Of a DNA stretch of 64,000 nt, positions 53,654-64,000 are shown one piece after another. The stretch's first letter is position 1; the number at the start of each line of letters is the position of its first letter. The stretch covers positions 7,564,001-7,628,000 of the forward strand of contig CP075495.1 of NCBI GenBank assembly GCA_021613535.1. Reading direction: 5' to 3'. Source of the stretch: Adineta vaga (Eukaryota > Animalia > Rotifera). A program made the translations under genes and the position numbers. The notes below the pieces were generated by a model, which made no database searches, had not been told where the DNA came from, and saw only the letters and a list, made by a program, of their open reading frames with translations.

Positions 53654-54302
53654 ATGATAAATAAAAAAAACTTTTTTTCATTGTATAAGTCAATTACAAT
53701 AAATAAAAGATAACGACATGAAATTTTCTTTGTTTCTCGAGACTACAATTAAATGAATCTATACTTAAAATTAAAATATTTTGAAGAATGATATGCCTAA
53801 TTGGAATTGAGTTAACTATATGACTTCAAATTTCGAGTGGTTTGGTACTACTAATGTTGTTTTGACTGACGCTTCATCTACCATTATGTTTCAATTCGTC
53901 AGAGTTTCACTGACACGTCTCTTAATCCACTTATATTTCCTCCTTTTTCTAGTAGTACATACAAGAACATCAATAGTCGTATCAAACAAAAAACAACGAG
54001 CTAAGAACATATGGAAAACGAAAAAGAATATAAACATGTGTAGGAACGTACTATATCTAATTAAAAAAATGCAATGAGATTTTTATCAAATATAGTACGT
54101 TCATTGTTTTTAAGTTTCTTCATCGAAAAAAGATTCTGCTTTGTTAAAATACACGAATAAACCAAAGGAAAAATACGATAAAAATGAATAAGCAATACAT
54201 AAAAGAAAGGGAAAAAACCGTTTCATACAAATCTTTTCGCTTGATTTTGATTTTTTTTTGTATGAATTAAAAAAGAAAAGTTTGTTAAGGATCTGTATCC
54301 AT

Positions 54303-55327
54303 CTAATTTTCATCATTGTCATCTCCGCCTTGTTGGCTTCCTGAGCCACCACTTGGACCACCACGTGTATCAGGTTCAGGACAATCACGTGCAAAATGAC
54401 CAGGTTTTGAACATCGGTAGCAATTACCTCCACCACCGCCACCTGTTACAGAGGAAAAAATTCGAAGTTAAATCGATTTAATTCATTTTGGCAAATATTT
54501 ACCTCGATTATTGCGAAAACCGCCACCACCACCGCCACCACTGCTATAATTGTTTGAACGTGGTTCATTACAATCGCGACTTATATGACCTGAGAAAAAG
54601 GAGACAGCATTGATTTTTTAACAAAAGCAATTAACTTATGCAAATTAATACTACCTGGTTGATTACAATTGTAACATATTACTTGGTTACTGTCCGATGG
54701 ACAATCACGAGCAAAATGACCTGCTTGACCACAGCGGAAACTAGAAGACAAGAAGAAAATAGAATGAATCAAAGTGAATGCGATATCGTTCGTACCAACT
54801 GCCACCTCCTCTGTTATAAGATGAACCACCACCATAACTTCCTCCACCACGACCTGAACCACCTAAAATAATTGAAAAAAAATGAATTATTTATTTGAGT
54901 TATACTTTGCGAAACTTTTTCTATACAGTTCCGAGAACTATCACAAAGAAATTTGACAATCTTTTAAAGACAATAACTCACCATAGGAACCACCTCGTCC
55001 TCCGTATGAGCCACCACCACCGTACGAACCTAGAACAATAAATCCACTCATTGAAAAATCAAAAATATATCTGCGGGCAAACCTCGTCCACCTCCATAAC
55101 CACCGCGACCACTTCCGCCTTAAAACAATTTTCAAATACTAAATTTTTTCAACACAACAAAGTAAATTCTTATCGTACCACCACCACCACCATTTCCATC
55201 ACCATCTGGACATTCCCGAGCAAAATGACCTGGCTATAATATAAATTTTCAATTGAGCGAATGCCCGATCAGTTTTAATTAATCTTACTTGGTTACATTT
55301 ATAACATAAACTTCCTCTAGAACTCAT
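54303..55327 (-). CDS. CNBP-like CCHC zinc-knuckle / RGG nucleic-acid-binding protein; about 8 short exons
   Basis: Four knuckles after splicing (CYKCNQPGHFAREC, CFRCGQAGHFARDC, CYNCNQPGHISRDC, CYRCSKPGHFARDC) separated by RGG/YGG-rich linkers. Confidence 0.85.
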
Positions 55328-55987
55328 CTATGATGTTCTTTTGTTTTGATTTTCTTTTGATGTTACTTGTTTTTCTTCGACTACTTCACTCTCCTACACT
55401 CCCCACTTGCCTTATAACACCGACCTCGTCCCTTATCGTAATCTAAAGAGAAAACCAAAGGAAAACATCGATCGGTCATTCAAAAACGATTTCATTCCTA
55501 TTCGTTAAGATTAATAAATCGATTTATTGAAATCCTTGTCACTACATCTAACGTAAAAAAATATCTTCTATCTATCATCCATTCTTCTTCAACATTGATA
55601 AGCAAAACCAATTTATATGATATAAAAACGTAGTATTAAAGTCAAGCGAAAATCCGAACAAAACTACTCAAAAGAAGACATGTGAATTTAGTAACTTTTA
55701 TTAATATCAAGATCATCGACAGCGAGGAAAAGAAAAACAATGTAGAAGAGTACAACTATCGATGTGACCTTAAATTATCTTTATGCCTTCATTTATCGTC
55801 ATGGCGCAAATGCATTTGTGTGTTAAAAGAATGGAGGAATGATTATACCTAAATTAGTGGTTAAAATGAGAGACCATTCTCTGAACGAGAAAAAATTTTT
55901 AGAGTTGCTAAATAAATCTATTCAATTCAATTCAATTTTCTATTTTGAATCTAATGATTTGAATTTAAATAAGATTTTCACGATTGA

Positions 55988-56877
55988 ATGAGAATGCTCG
56001 ACAGAAATGATGAACTTTCGACAGAATATGATAGTGATCAATCATCAACATCGAATGATGATAGTATTCACATACCACACTTATTATCAAAAAGAAAAAT
56101 CTTACTGAGCAAATATAATCAGTCATCGAAAAAGACTTGTTGTTTAATTTGTTCAATTTTACCTGCATTATCAAAGATAAACTGTTGCGAAAAACATTTA
56201 ACTTTGTTAACAAAGATCAATCACCTAATGCAGTCAGCATATGAGAATGATTCAGAATCAGAATGTCGTAATCGAATACGTTGTCCAAAAGGTAAATACC
56301 GTCGACGATCTTACTCATCATCAACATTCGATGATCAACCTCGAAGAAAAAAAAACCGAATGGATGTGCAGTTATTAGTAGGAATATAATACTCATAATA
56401 TTTAACAATGTATGCTTTTTTCTTGAAATAGAATACAACATTCAGGAATAGATTGTTACCTTCTTCTAATTTTCAAAGGTTAGTGTACGATTTGTTTTAC
56501 GAAAAGATTTATATGTTCATCATTTCTGAAACGCGCCAATTAAGATCGCTCTTTCTATATAATCTAATTGATTCATGTTTTAGTAATCGAATACTATTAC
56601 CATCTGTTCTACGAAATAGTACCATGAATAAAAATAATTCGCGACAACAGAACAGAATTCTATCATCATCATCAATTTTAACTCGAAATAAACGCCGGTA
56701 TATGTTCCGAAAGTAAGTTAATAGTCATTTGTTTTATAAAGACATCGAGTTTTTTGTTCTTCTAGAAGATTCATGATGAGAAACAAGGCCATTCAAACCA
56801 ATCTACGATCAGTAAAGGATAAATCCACAACTCCCGAATTAATCGAATTAGAACCAGAATTATGTATGTTATTGTGA
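55988..56877 (+). CDS. Hypothetical multi-exon protein with a Cys/His cluster (CCLICS...CCEKH) and basic stretches; 3' end uncertain
   Basis: 133-aa ORF plus downstream segments bounded by GT-AG sites with compatible phases; no family recognised. Confidence 0.45.
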
Positions 56878-58578
56878 ATTATTTGAACTAGAGAATAATC
56901 GATGATGATTCGAACTAAGAAAGTCATCTCAACTTTTTCAGTTCATTCTTCGAACTTCATAGTGGGTACCTATCATTGAGAACTGCGAGAATGTTCAGAG
57001 TAAACAGATAACATTCTTATTCTAAACAAGTCGAGTTCATTAGTTAAATGCGTTTTTCTAATAGAAGCACTTACATTTGTTAATCTACTTAACTTTAAGT
57101 AACTTGTCATCCTTTTCTAAAAGTATGTCCTTCTATTCAGATTATCATATTAATCTGACTAAAAATAACCTTTTACTCTAATGAATACGCCCATGTTTTT
57201 ATAACTCATCTCATTGTATGGTTTATATAGGTATCTGTTCTATATTTAGCATATTCGCCGCGTCTTCTTTTAAAACGAATTGTTCATATTAAAGATGAAG
57301 AATTATCCGTGCATACTTCTCAGGTAGCTTTAAATATGAATCGATCAACTGAACGCATGACAAACCAAAGTGAAGCTCGGCCAACAATTCTATTAAAACG
57401 TGTACGTTTCGACAAAGAATGATTAACAAGTAACACTTATCCTCTGGATTAGCTGACCCTTTTCTGAAAGAATGATAAGAGTGCTGAGTAAAGCTCTCAA
57501 GCTCGACCTGGACTTGACCAGATCCCGGTTCAAGCAAACTTCATACATAAAAGCTTTTCAAAAGTGTTTTTCATTTTTTCACCATTTCAAAGTATCATTA
57601 AATAATTTATTGAAAGAAAAAAGCAAAAAACAAGTACTGTTTGTAAATATTCATAAATCTGATCGCTTGATACTTCTCAAAAATGCATTATCTATATTTA
57701 TTTTTCTTCTTATAAGGCTCTTAAACAAAGCTGATATAAGTCTCGTATTTATTTTGCCGATTAATTGAACTGCAGTTTTCTATGAAGTTATTACGAAATC
57801 CTGTGCTCAGAACTCGTAAATGGTTTGAATGGCACATACACCCACCCTCAGCATACAGTTTATTAGTTTCTATCATCTTCTGAAAAAGGATATATACAGA
57901 GATATTTTTCTCGGAGAGAAAGGCAAGAGATCCAGGTGGAATCGATTAGAGAGATGGCATCAGATTCAAATTCATTATTATCGATAACTTTTCATCGAAT
58001 TTGAATAAAAACCCGTGAAACATTGAGTTTCTCGGAGGAGAACGATAAAAATAGGTCACATATAATGATTCACCAAAAAATGACATCAGATATGAAATCC
58101 TCGACTTCAATTATCTTTGACTGAATCATTTTCTGATGATCATTAGTAAGTTTTCATGAGTGAATTTTTTATATTGCTGCGATCTGATTGGATCAGACAA
58201 ATGAGAAATAATAATTAATTAATTATGGTTAATAGAAAAATATTTTTGAAGAAGGAACCCCATAGTCGTATTCCTCAACCTCGATTACATTTAATAATTT
58301 GTTGTTCGATGACCAGTAGTAACTTTTGATCGATTTATAGACTGCCTTCACCTGATTGGCTTGGACAAACAAACAAACAAATTTTAACGTGCCTATAACC
58401 CTTTCTTTCAGAAAAGGGAACTAATGTTAAATTCAAAGACACAATCTTTTATTTCTTGTTTGTTTTCGTGATGTTTGTTTCTGTATGTGAATTCTTTATT
58501 TCTTTGCTTTTTATAAAAAGAAAGTAACTGAACAGTATATATTGAATGAGAAATGTTCAACTTGAATTTTCACTTTAG

Positions 58579-59019
58579 ATGCCAAATTTAGAAGAGAAAT
58601 TAACAATTTTAAAGAAAAAAAAGCTGACAGCAAAAACAATTGTCGAACAACAACGAAATGAAATACGTTTATTAAAATCTACAATGACAATAAATGAACG
58701 ATTGGAAGAAATTTATAAAAGATTTGATACAAAAATAAATCTTGATACGAATTTGTACAATAGAATCATTCAAAAACCAAATGAGACAAACGAAACATTT
58801 TCTGTTCATAATCAAATTCCTCACACAATCGATGATTTATCAAATTTAATCGAACAAATCTTGCATATACTCTCACTTCCAAATGATATCAATTTGAAAA
58901 ATCAAGAATTAGATGTGATTTTAAAAAAACAAAAGGAATGTTTTCAATTAATAAAATGGAAATTATCTGATATTTATGCAAATCGTGTTGCTGATGAAGT
59001 TTCTTGTATTACAAGTTAA
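58579..59019 (+). CDS. Coiled-coil protein with a CEP85/CEP85L-like C-terminus and CaaX-like end
   Basis: Ends KLSDIYANRVADEVSCITS, which resembles my recollection of the CEP85/CEP85L terminus (SDRYAQDMG.NC.TQ). The ATG directly follows a splice acceptor, so this could be a terminal exon. Confidence 0.5.
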   Translation: MPNLEEKLTILKKKKLTAKTIVEQQRNEIRLLKSTMTINERLEEIYKRFDTKINLDTNLYNRIIQKPNETNETFSVHNQIPHTIDDLSNLIEQILHILSLPNDINLKNQELDVILKKQKECFQLIKWKLSDIYANRVADEVSCITS

Positions 59020-59060
59020 AATAGACGATTAATCCCTTCTTATGTTATTTTAGATCGAAA

Positions 59061-60420
59061 ATGGATTTAAATAAACGTGATCGATTATCGTTTGAAGATT
59101 TTCAATTACCATCAGGATTACTTCTGGGTTTATATGCAATGGGTTTTCAAAATGGTCCATCAGATATCCAAGATTTGATTTTACCATATTCGTTAGCAGA
59201 TCAATTGCAAAGAAATATTATCGTTCAATCAAAAACTGGAACAGGAAAAACGGTAAAGATCGTTTAATTATATACGTTATGAATGAGAATTTTTTAAAGA
59301 TATCTTACATTATACATACACTCGCACGTATTCAATCGACTCTGTCACAACCACAAGTCTTAATTATAGTTCCGACAATTGAACTTGCATTTACCGTTGG
59401 AGGTGGTATTGGAAAAATGTCTGTATATCTTTCAAATATTCAAATAACATATGTGACATCTTCTTCGATACCATTAGAATTGATCAATACACCTATTGTT
59501 ATTGGTACGATAGATGTATTTGATATATTTCAAAGTTTGATGGATTTCAATCAACTTAATATTTTAATTTTGGATGAAATCGATGTAATGATTATTCGAG
59601 AAGATTATCGACAAAATCTCTTGAATCTTCTTGATAATTTCCTTGTGAATGACCATTGTCAAATACTTGTCTATTCATCAACATTATCCGAACAAATTAT
59701 GAATTTTACAAATGAATTAATACCGAATGCAATATTAATTAAACAAAAATCAATGAAACAACAAATATCAAATATTGAACAATTCTATGTTATGTGTCAA
59801 GATGAAAATAGGAAAAATGAAATCGTTACTATTATTCTAAATCAATTTATTCATACGCAAATTATGATCTTTTGTTCGGATGATAATATTACCGAACAAC
59901 TTTATCAAAATCTTATCAATGATTCAAGTCATGATCATGAGTAGGTTTTAGACCTAGAATGAAGTGATTTAAAACCAAATAAGAATATTTTCTTATATGT
60001 AGTGTTCGAATGTTAACGACAACAGTGACAAATCATCAACGTATTTCATTAATTGAAGAATTTCGTTCGAATTCCTATCGAATATTTCTTCTTTCCGCTC
60101 AAACATGTGCGACAACACATGGAATTGATTTAGATAATGTGAATATAATTATTAACTACAATCTACCTTGTTCACTTGGCAATAATTCTGATCTTGATTA
60201 TGTTACTTATCATCAACGACTTGATCGGTGTGGACGTTACGATAAACATGGTTATGCAGTAAGAAAGAAGATGATGTTGATTTAGAGATTTAATTTATTT
60301 TTCTAGTTTAATTTAATTCAATCATTAAATGATTGGAATATTCAACTTGGTCAACAGAATTATTTCTCGTTTGAAATTAAACCTATCGATACTGATGGTA
60401 TTCGTACACTTGTCTTATAA
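59061..60420 (+). CDS. Divergent DEAD-box helicase, DDX19/DDX25(Dbp5)-like; 4 exons
   Basis: Q motif (GLYAMGFQNGPSDIQ), RNIIVQSKTGTGKT, PQVLIIVPTIELA, IVIGT, ILDEID, YSST, IEQFYVMC, MIFC, HGIDLDNVNIIINYNLP, TYHQRLDRCGRY. Confidence 0.8.
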
Positions 60421-60476
60421 TTTTGTTTTGTTTATCAGAAAAATAAAAGAATAGAATGTCTTGTTTGTTGTTGCTT

Positions 60477-63400
60477 CTAGAATTCTAATTGATCAGTTGA
60501 CCAACGATTGATGATTTGATCAAGATTAGACGAAATCCATGCTGAATAGAGAAATTTCAATCGATTTTGATTGAGATATAGTATTCGACCTCGTCTAAAA
60601 GAATCAAATCAAATATACTTTTTATACATGTATTTTATACGATTACCGAAGATTCACATCTTCCTCACCATGTTGATCTAGATAAAGTGACGTCCAATAA
60701 GTATAATGTTGTTCTCGTTGAATTAATGTTTTCGTAGAATTGATATTAATCGATATATTTAAACCACCACTACATGTTCTTAGATGCTAGAAAATATTTC
60801 AATAGTGTGATAATTAGAGTCTCATTCCAATATGAAAAGAAATAGATTAAACCTCTTGAATAAAATGTGTTTGTTGAGCACAACATTTTTGTTTACAACG
60901 TTCTTGTGAATAAATAGTTCCACAAATTAAACAGAGAATTGGTTCAGTAATGATCTTTTGGCAATACGGACAGCGACGATTGTGACAGGATCGAAATAGA
61001 TCAGAATACCAGGTTGGCAATTCAATGAATCGTGGAGAATGAAATGTAGGTGTCTTGAGAACAATTTGCTAGCCATAATAAAAGATTCTGATTAAAGAAA
61101 AATCAACTTTGCTTCTCTACGAACGAGGATGGATTGTCGATTATCTATCGATAATATCTCATCGAGCCAACAATTTACTAGTATTGATGAATTATGATAA
61201 AACCAGTATGGTTCACCAAGTTTATATATGTGAAGTTCTTTTATTAAACTTTCCCATAGAAAATCAAATTGAAAGTGACGGCTTGCCTTGAAAAGAAGTT
61301 TCGATTCATTTCATTGTTTTCAAGTAATATCATTACTTACCACCCACCATGTTATTGATTGATATAGATAATGTTGTATAAGAGCAGCAATCTTAAGAAA
61401 GTTGCTACATCGTTCTCGAATCGATGCATTGATTGATTCTTGAGAATAAATTTTTGACTAAAGGAAAAGAGATACTAATATTTTACCATATGTACAATTG
61501 ATATTTATTTACATCTTTAGTCTTTGAGTTAAAATTAGCTTGATATAGTTTGATTGCTATCATACGAAGATATCGAAGGACATTCTCCAGATAAAATAAG
61601 GTGGATAAAAATAGATATTACAAAAAATTTAATCATTACATTTTCAGACGTATTTGTAAATATTGATGAACTCCATATTTCTTGTTCGTTTGGACTCATT
61701 TCACTAACAATAGCAAATAATCCTTGAATATAGACTATATTATATATAGCTTGTACAAGAATCTGATACAATTCTGTTAGAGAGATAACATAAGAAAAAT
61801 GATGAACTTTATTATTAAATTTCTGAATACTTTTGTTGATTAAATATGGAAGACTAAGCATCAATCGAAGAAGTAAAACAACGGGATCAATGAGTAGCAA
61901 TGGAACAAGAGGTTTTTGATCATGTTCGATCATATTGAATGCCGTAATTGTAAGACCAATCATTCGTTCCCAAAGTAAGATATGAGATTGACTTAATAAA
62001 TATGAATATTTTAGATTGCAAATATAAAATATTTCACCTATTATAATTGAATTACTATTATTAATATGAGTGTATTCGTTTTTAATCAGAAAACATACGG
62101 AAACATGATTTTCGATTGCTTATTGTTGAATCACTATGTTTAATATCTCGAATAAGCAACTCGTTCTCCAAATTGAATCTGTACAAGGTAAAAACAAAAG
62201 TATTGATTTTAGAAAACTAATTTTCCATTAATAAGAACCGTAATATAGAAATAAGAAATACTGCCAGAATATCATCTGTTAATCCTTTATTTTGTTGATC
62301 AAGGGTTCGATCGTTTGAATTTACCATCAAATACATTTTTTGAATGAAGTTTGTTAACCATTCAGCAATGACAGAAGAAATCTATAGAGACAGGAGAATA
62401 TTCTTTTTTCTAACTATCACGTCTTATTACACAAGGTTTGATATTCTTTTCGATTAGATGAGTGATAGTTTCAATTGAATCTTCATTTTTTGCGACTTGT
62501 TTATCACCTGGTGGAAGACAAATCAGTGCATGGAACTTTTGACGACACATAGGACATCTGAATTCAACATCTGGATCGATTTCTGCATTGGGTTTTTTCT
62601 ATGCAATGAATGTATGAGACACACTCATTGAATATAAAAGCCTTACATTATGAGATTTTAAATATTGACGATAGCATGCTAGATGCATCGAATGATTACA
62701 AGAATCAATAATCACTCCAGTTCGCCAGCTGATTGTCATAAATTTTGATACACTATCCTAAATGAAATATTCTCAACCATAACAATATCAAATTTGTGGT
62801 TTACTTCGGTGAAAAGTTTCAACATAATAAGTATTTTTTCTTCATAGAATCGAGCACATGTCAAATTATATTTATTTTCATCTTTCGTATATGTAGTTTG
62901 AGTAGGTTCTTTCACTTGATTCTCTGAAACGAATTTTCCCGTATCATTTGATTTTGTAGGATGACAACAGAATAATGAATCTTGAATTAACGATTGTTTA
63001 TTATCAAAACTATCAGTTGTTACTGGTAAATAATTGTTCGAAATGAAAGTAACTTCTCGAACACCGAGTACTATTCAATCAGATAATAAATATCATGTTT
63101 CTTCTTGAAAAAGGAAAATATTTTACCTCCACTGTTACTTAATCTAACGGTGATACCAAGCATATCTTGATCATCCGTGTTTTGACAAATACAACATTCA
63201 AGATTGTTGTTCTTAGCATGAATGAGAGAAGAAACTACAAACATTCATGGAAAAACAATAAAGTATACGTAAAAAACTGTTCAAAAATCATATGAACACC
63301 CTCTGCCTGTTCGTCTTTTGATATTGACAAAAGTTTCTGTTGTTTCTTTGCTATTTGTTCAAACATTTTTCGTTGCATTTCTTTCACTTTATTCTTCCTA

Positions 63401-64000
63401 CAGAGCAGAAAAGGTATTTAATTAAAAAAAATCGCCTTTCCTAAACTTTTGTACTTATCAATATTATCTGCATGATTTTTTAATTGTTTATCATCCAGTT
63501 GATTAATAATATCATTGATCTGAACTTTGCATTTATCCGATAAGTTCTCTAATTTAATCAACAAACGAGTAATATAAAAGCTACCATCACCAATTTGTCC
63601 TTTTCCTTGTTTCAAACGAGCATTTGCAAGTAATTCATTCAATGACGTTTTTTCATTGTTCGTATCGTTGTTAGTCAAGAGTATTTTAGCAAGAAGATGG
63701 ACAAATATTTGTACTAGAGACATATTAATCATTTGTGTTTCATTCAATCGTTTTGAATTTGTTTGAATCAACATTGTATGTAGATTTCTCAATGGTTGTT
63801 CAACTAAAAGATATATATATATATTAAAGAAATTGCTTTGTTCTATCGGTTTACGTTGACTAGAAGTACAATTATTCTCTTCAATATTTTGTTCACTATT
63901 ATCTAAATATAGTTATTCTAAATCATTATAACTATTCTTTTTTTATGAATGCATCTTACCCTTTTCTTCATCGAGAACGACACGTTGAAAAGATATTTTT
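60477..64000 (-). CDS. UBR3: UBR-family RING E3 ligase, UBR3-like; 3' part only, gene continues beyond the window
   Basis: ECCICQ, DSCNHSMHLACYRQY...EFRCPMCRQ (RING-H2), ILCLICGT, and C-terminal WTSLYLDQHGEEDVNLRRGRILYL...WISSNLDQIINRW, typical of UBR3. Confidence 0.82.

Noticed and set aside
55988-59019. Joining the hypothetical gene and the CEP85-like ORF into one gene
   Set aside because: The phase-1 donor near 56863 spliced to 58579, or via 57231-57323, gives in-frame stops.
1-64000. CRISPR arrays, rRNA, transposase/RT ORFs, hammerhead ribozymes
   Set aside because: No repeat-spacer arrays, rRNA or transposase/RT motifs seen. The CTGATGA words I checked lack the GAAA core and stems. This was a scan by eye only.

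Overview
AT-rich, gene-dense eukaryotic (metazoan) DNA with many ~50-65 nt GT-AG introns. The mix of animal genes, compact introns and an intron-containing prokaryote-type UV-damage endonuclease fits a bdelloid rotifer, but this is inference. Recognisable genes in order: PALS1/MPP5-like MAGUK (-), CUX/cut homeobox with CASP-type N-terminus and long first introns (-), UVDE/UvsE (-), R-Ras/M-Ras-like GTPase (-), PTRHD1 (-), UXS1 (-), calaxin/EFCAB1 (-), NDUFA5 (+), SH3BP5 (+), syntaxin-16 (+), an unusual single-pass membrane protein resembling a circularly permuted bacterial solute-binding protein (+), two identical tRNA-Asn(GTT), an MTM1/MTMR2-type myotubularin (+), RPLP1 (+), an NtA-like secreted protein (-), a cathepsin L-like protease (+), two paralogous neuropeptide-precursor-like genes (+), a CNBP-like zinc-knuckle protein (-), a CEP85-like C-terminal ORF (+), a degenerate DDX19/25-like helicase (+) and the 3' part of UBR3 (-). 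Most interesting: the permuted solute-binding-protein receptor with a tRNA starting 8 nt after its stop codon, the paired precursors sharing a YxWFT peptide and a promoter motif, a cationic peptide inserted in the cathepsin propeptide, and unpaired splice acceptors just before many start codons, suggesting SL trans-splicing and operons. Family assignments come from motif recognition by eye; no database search was run.
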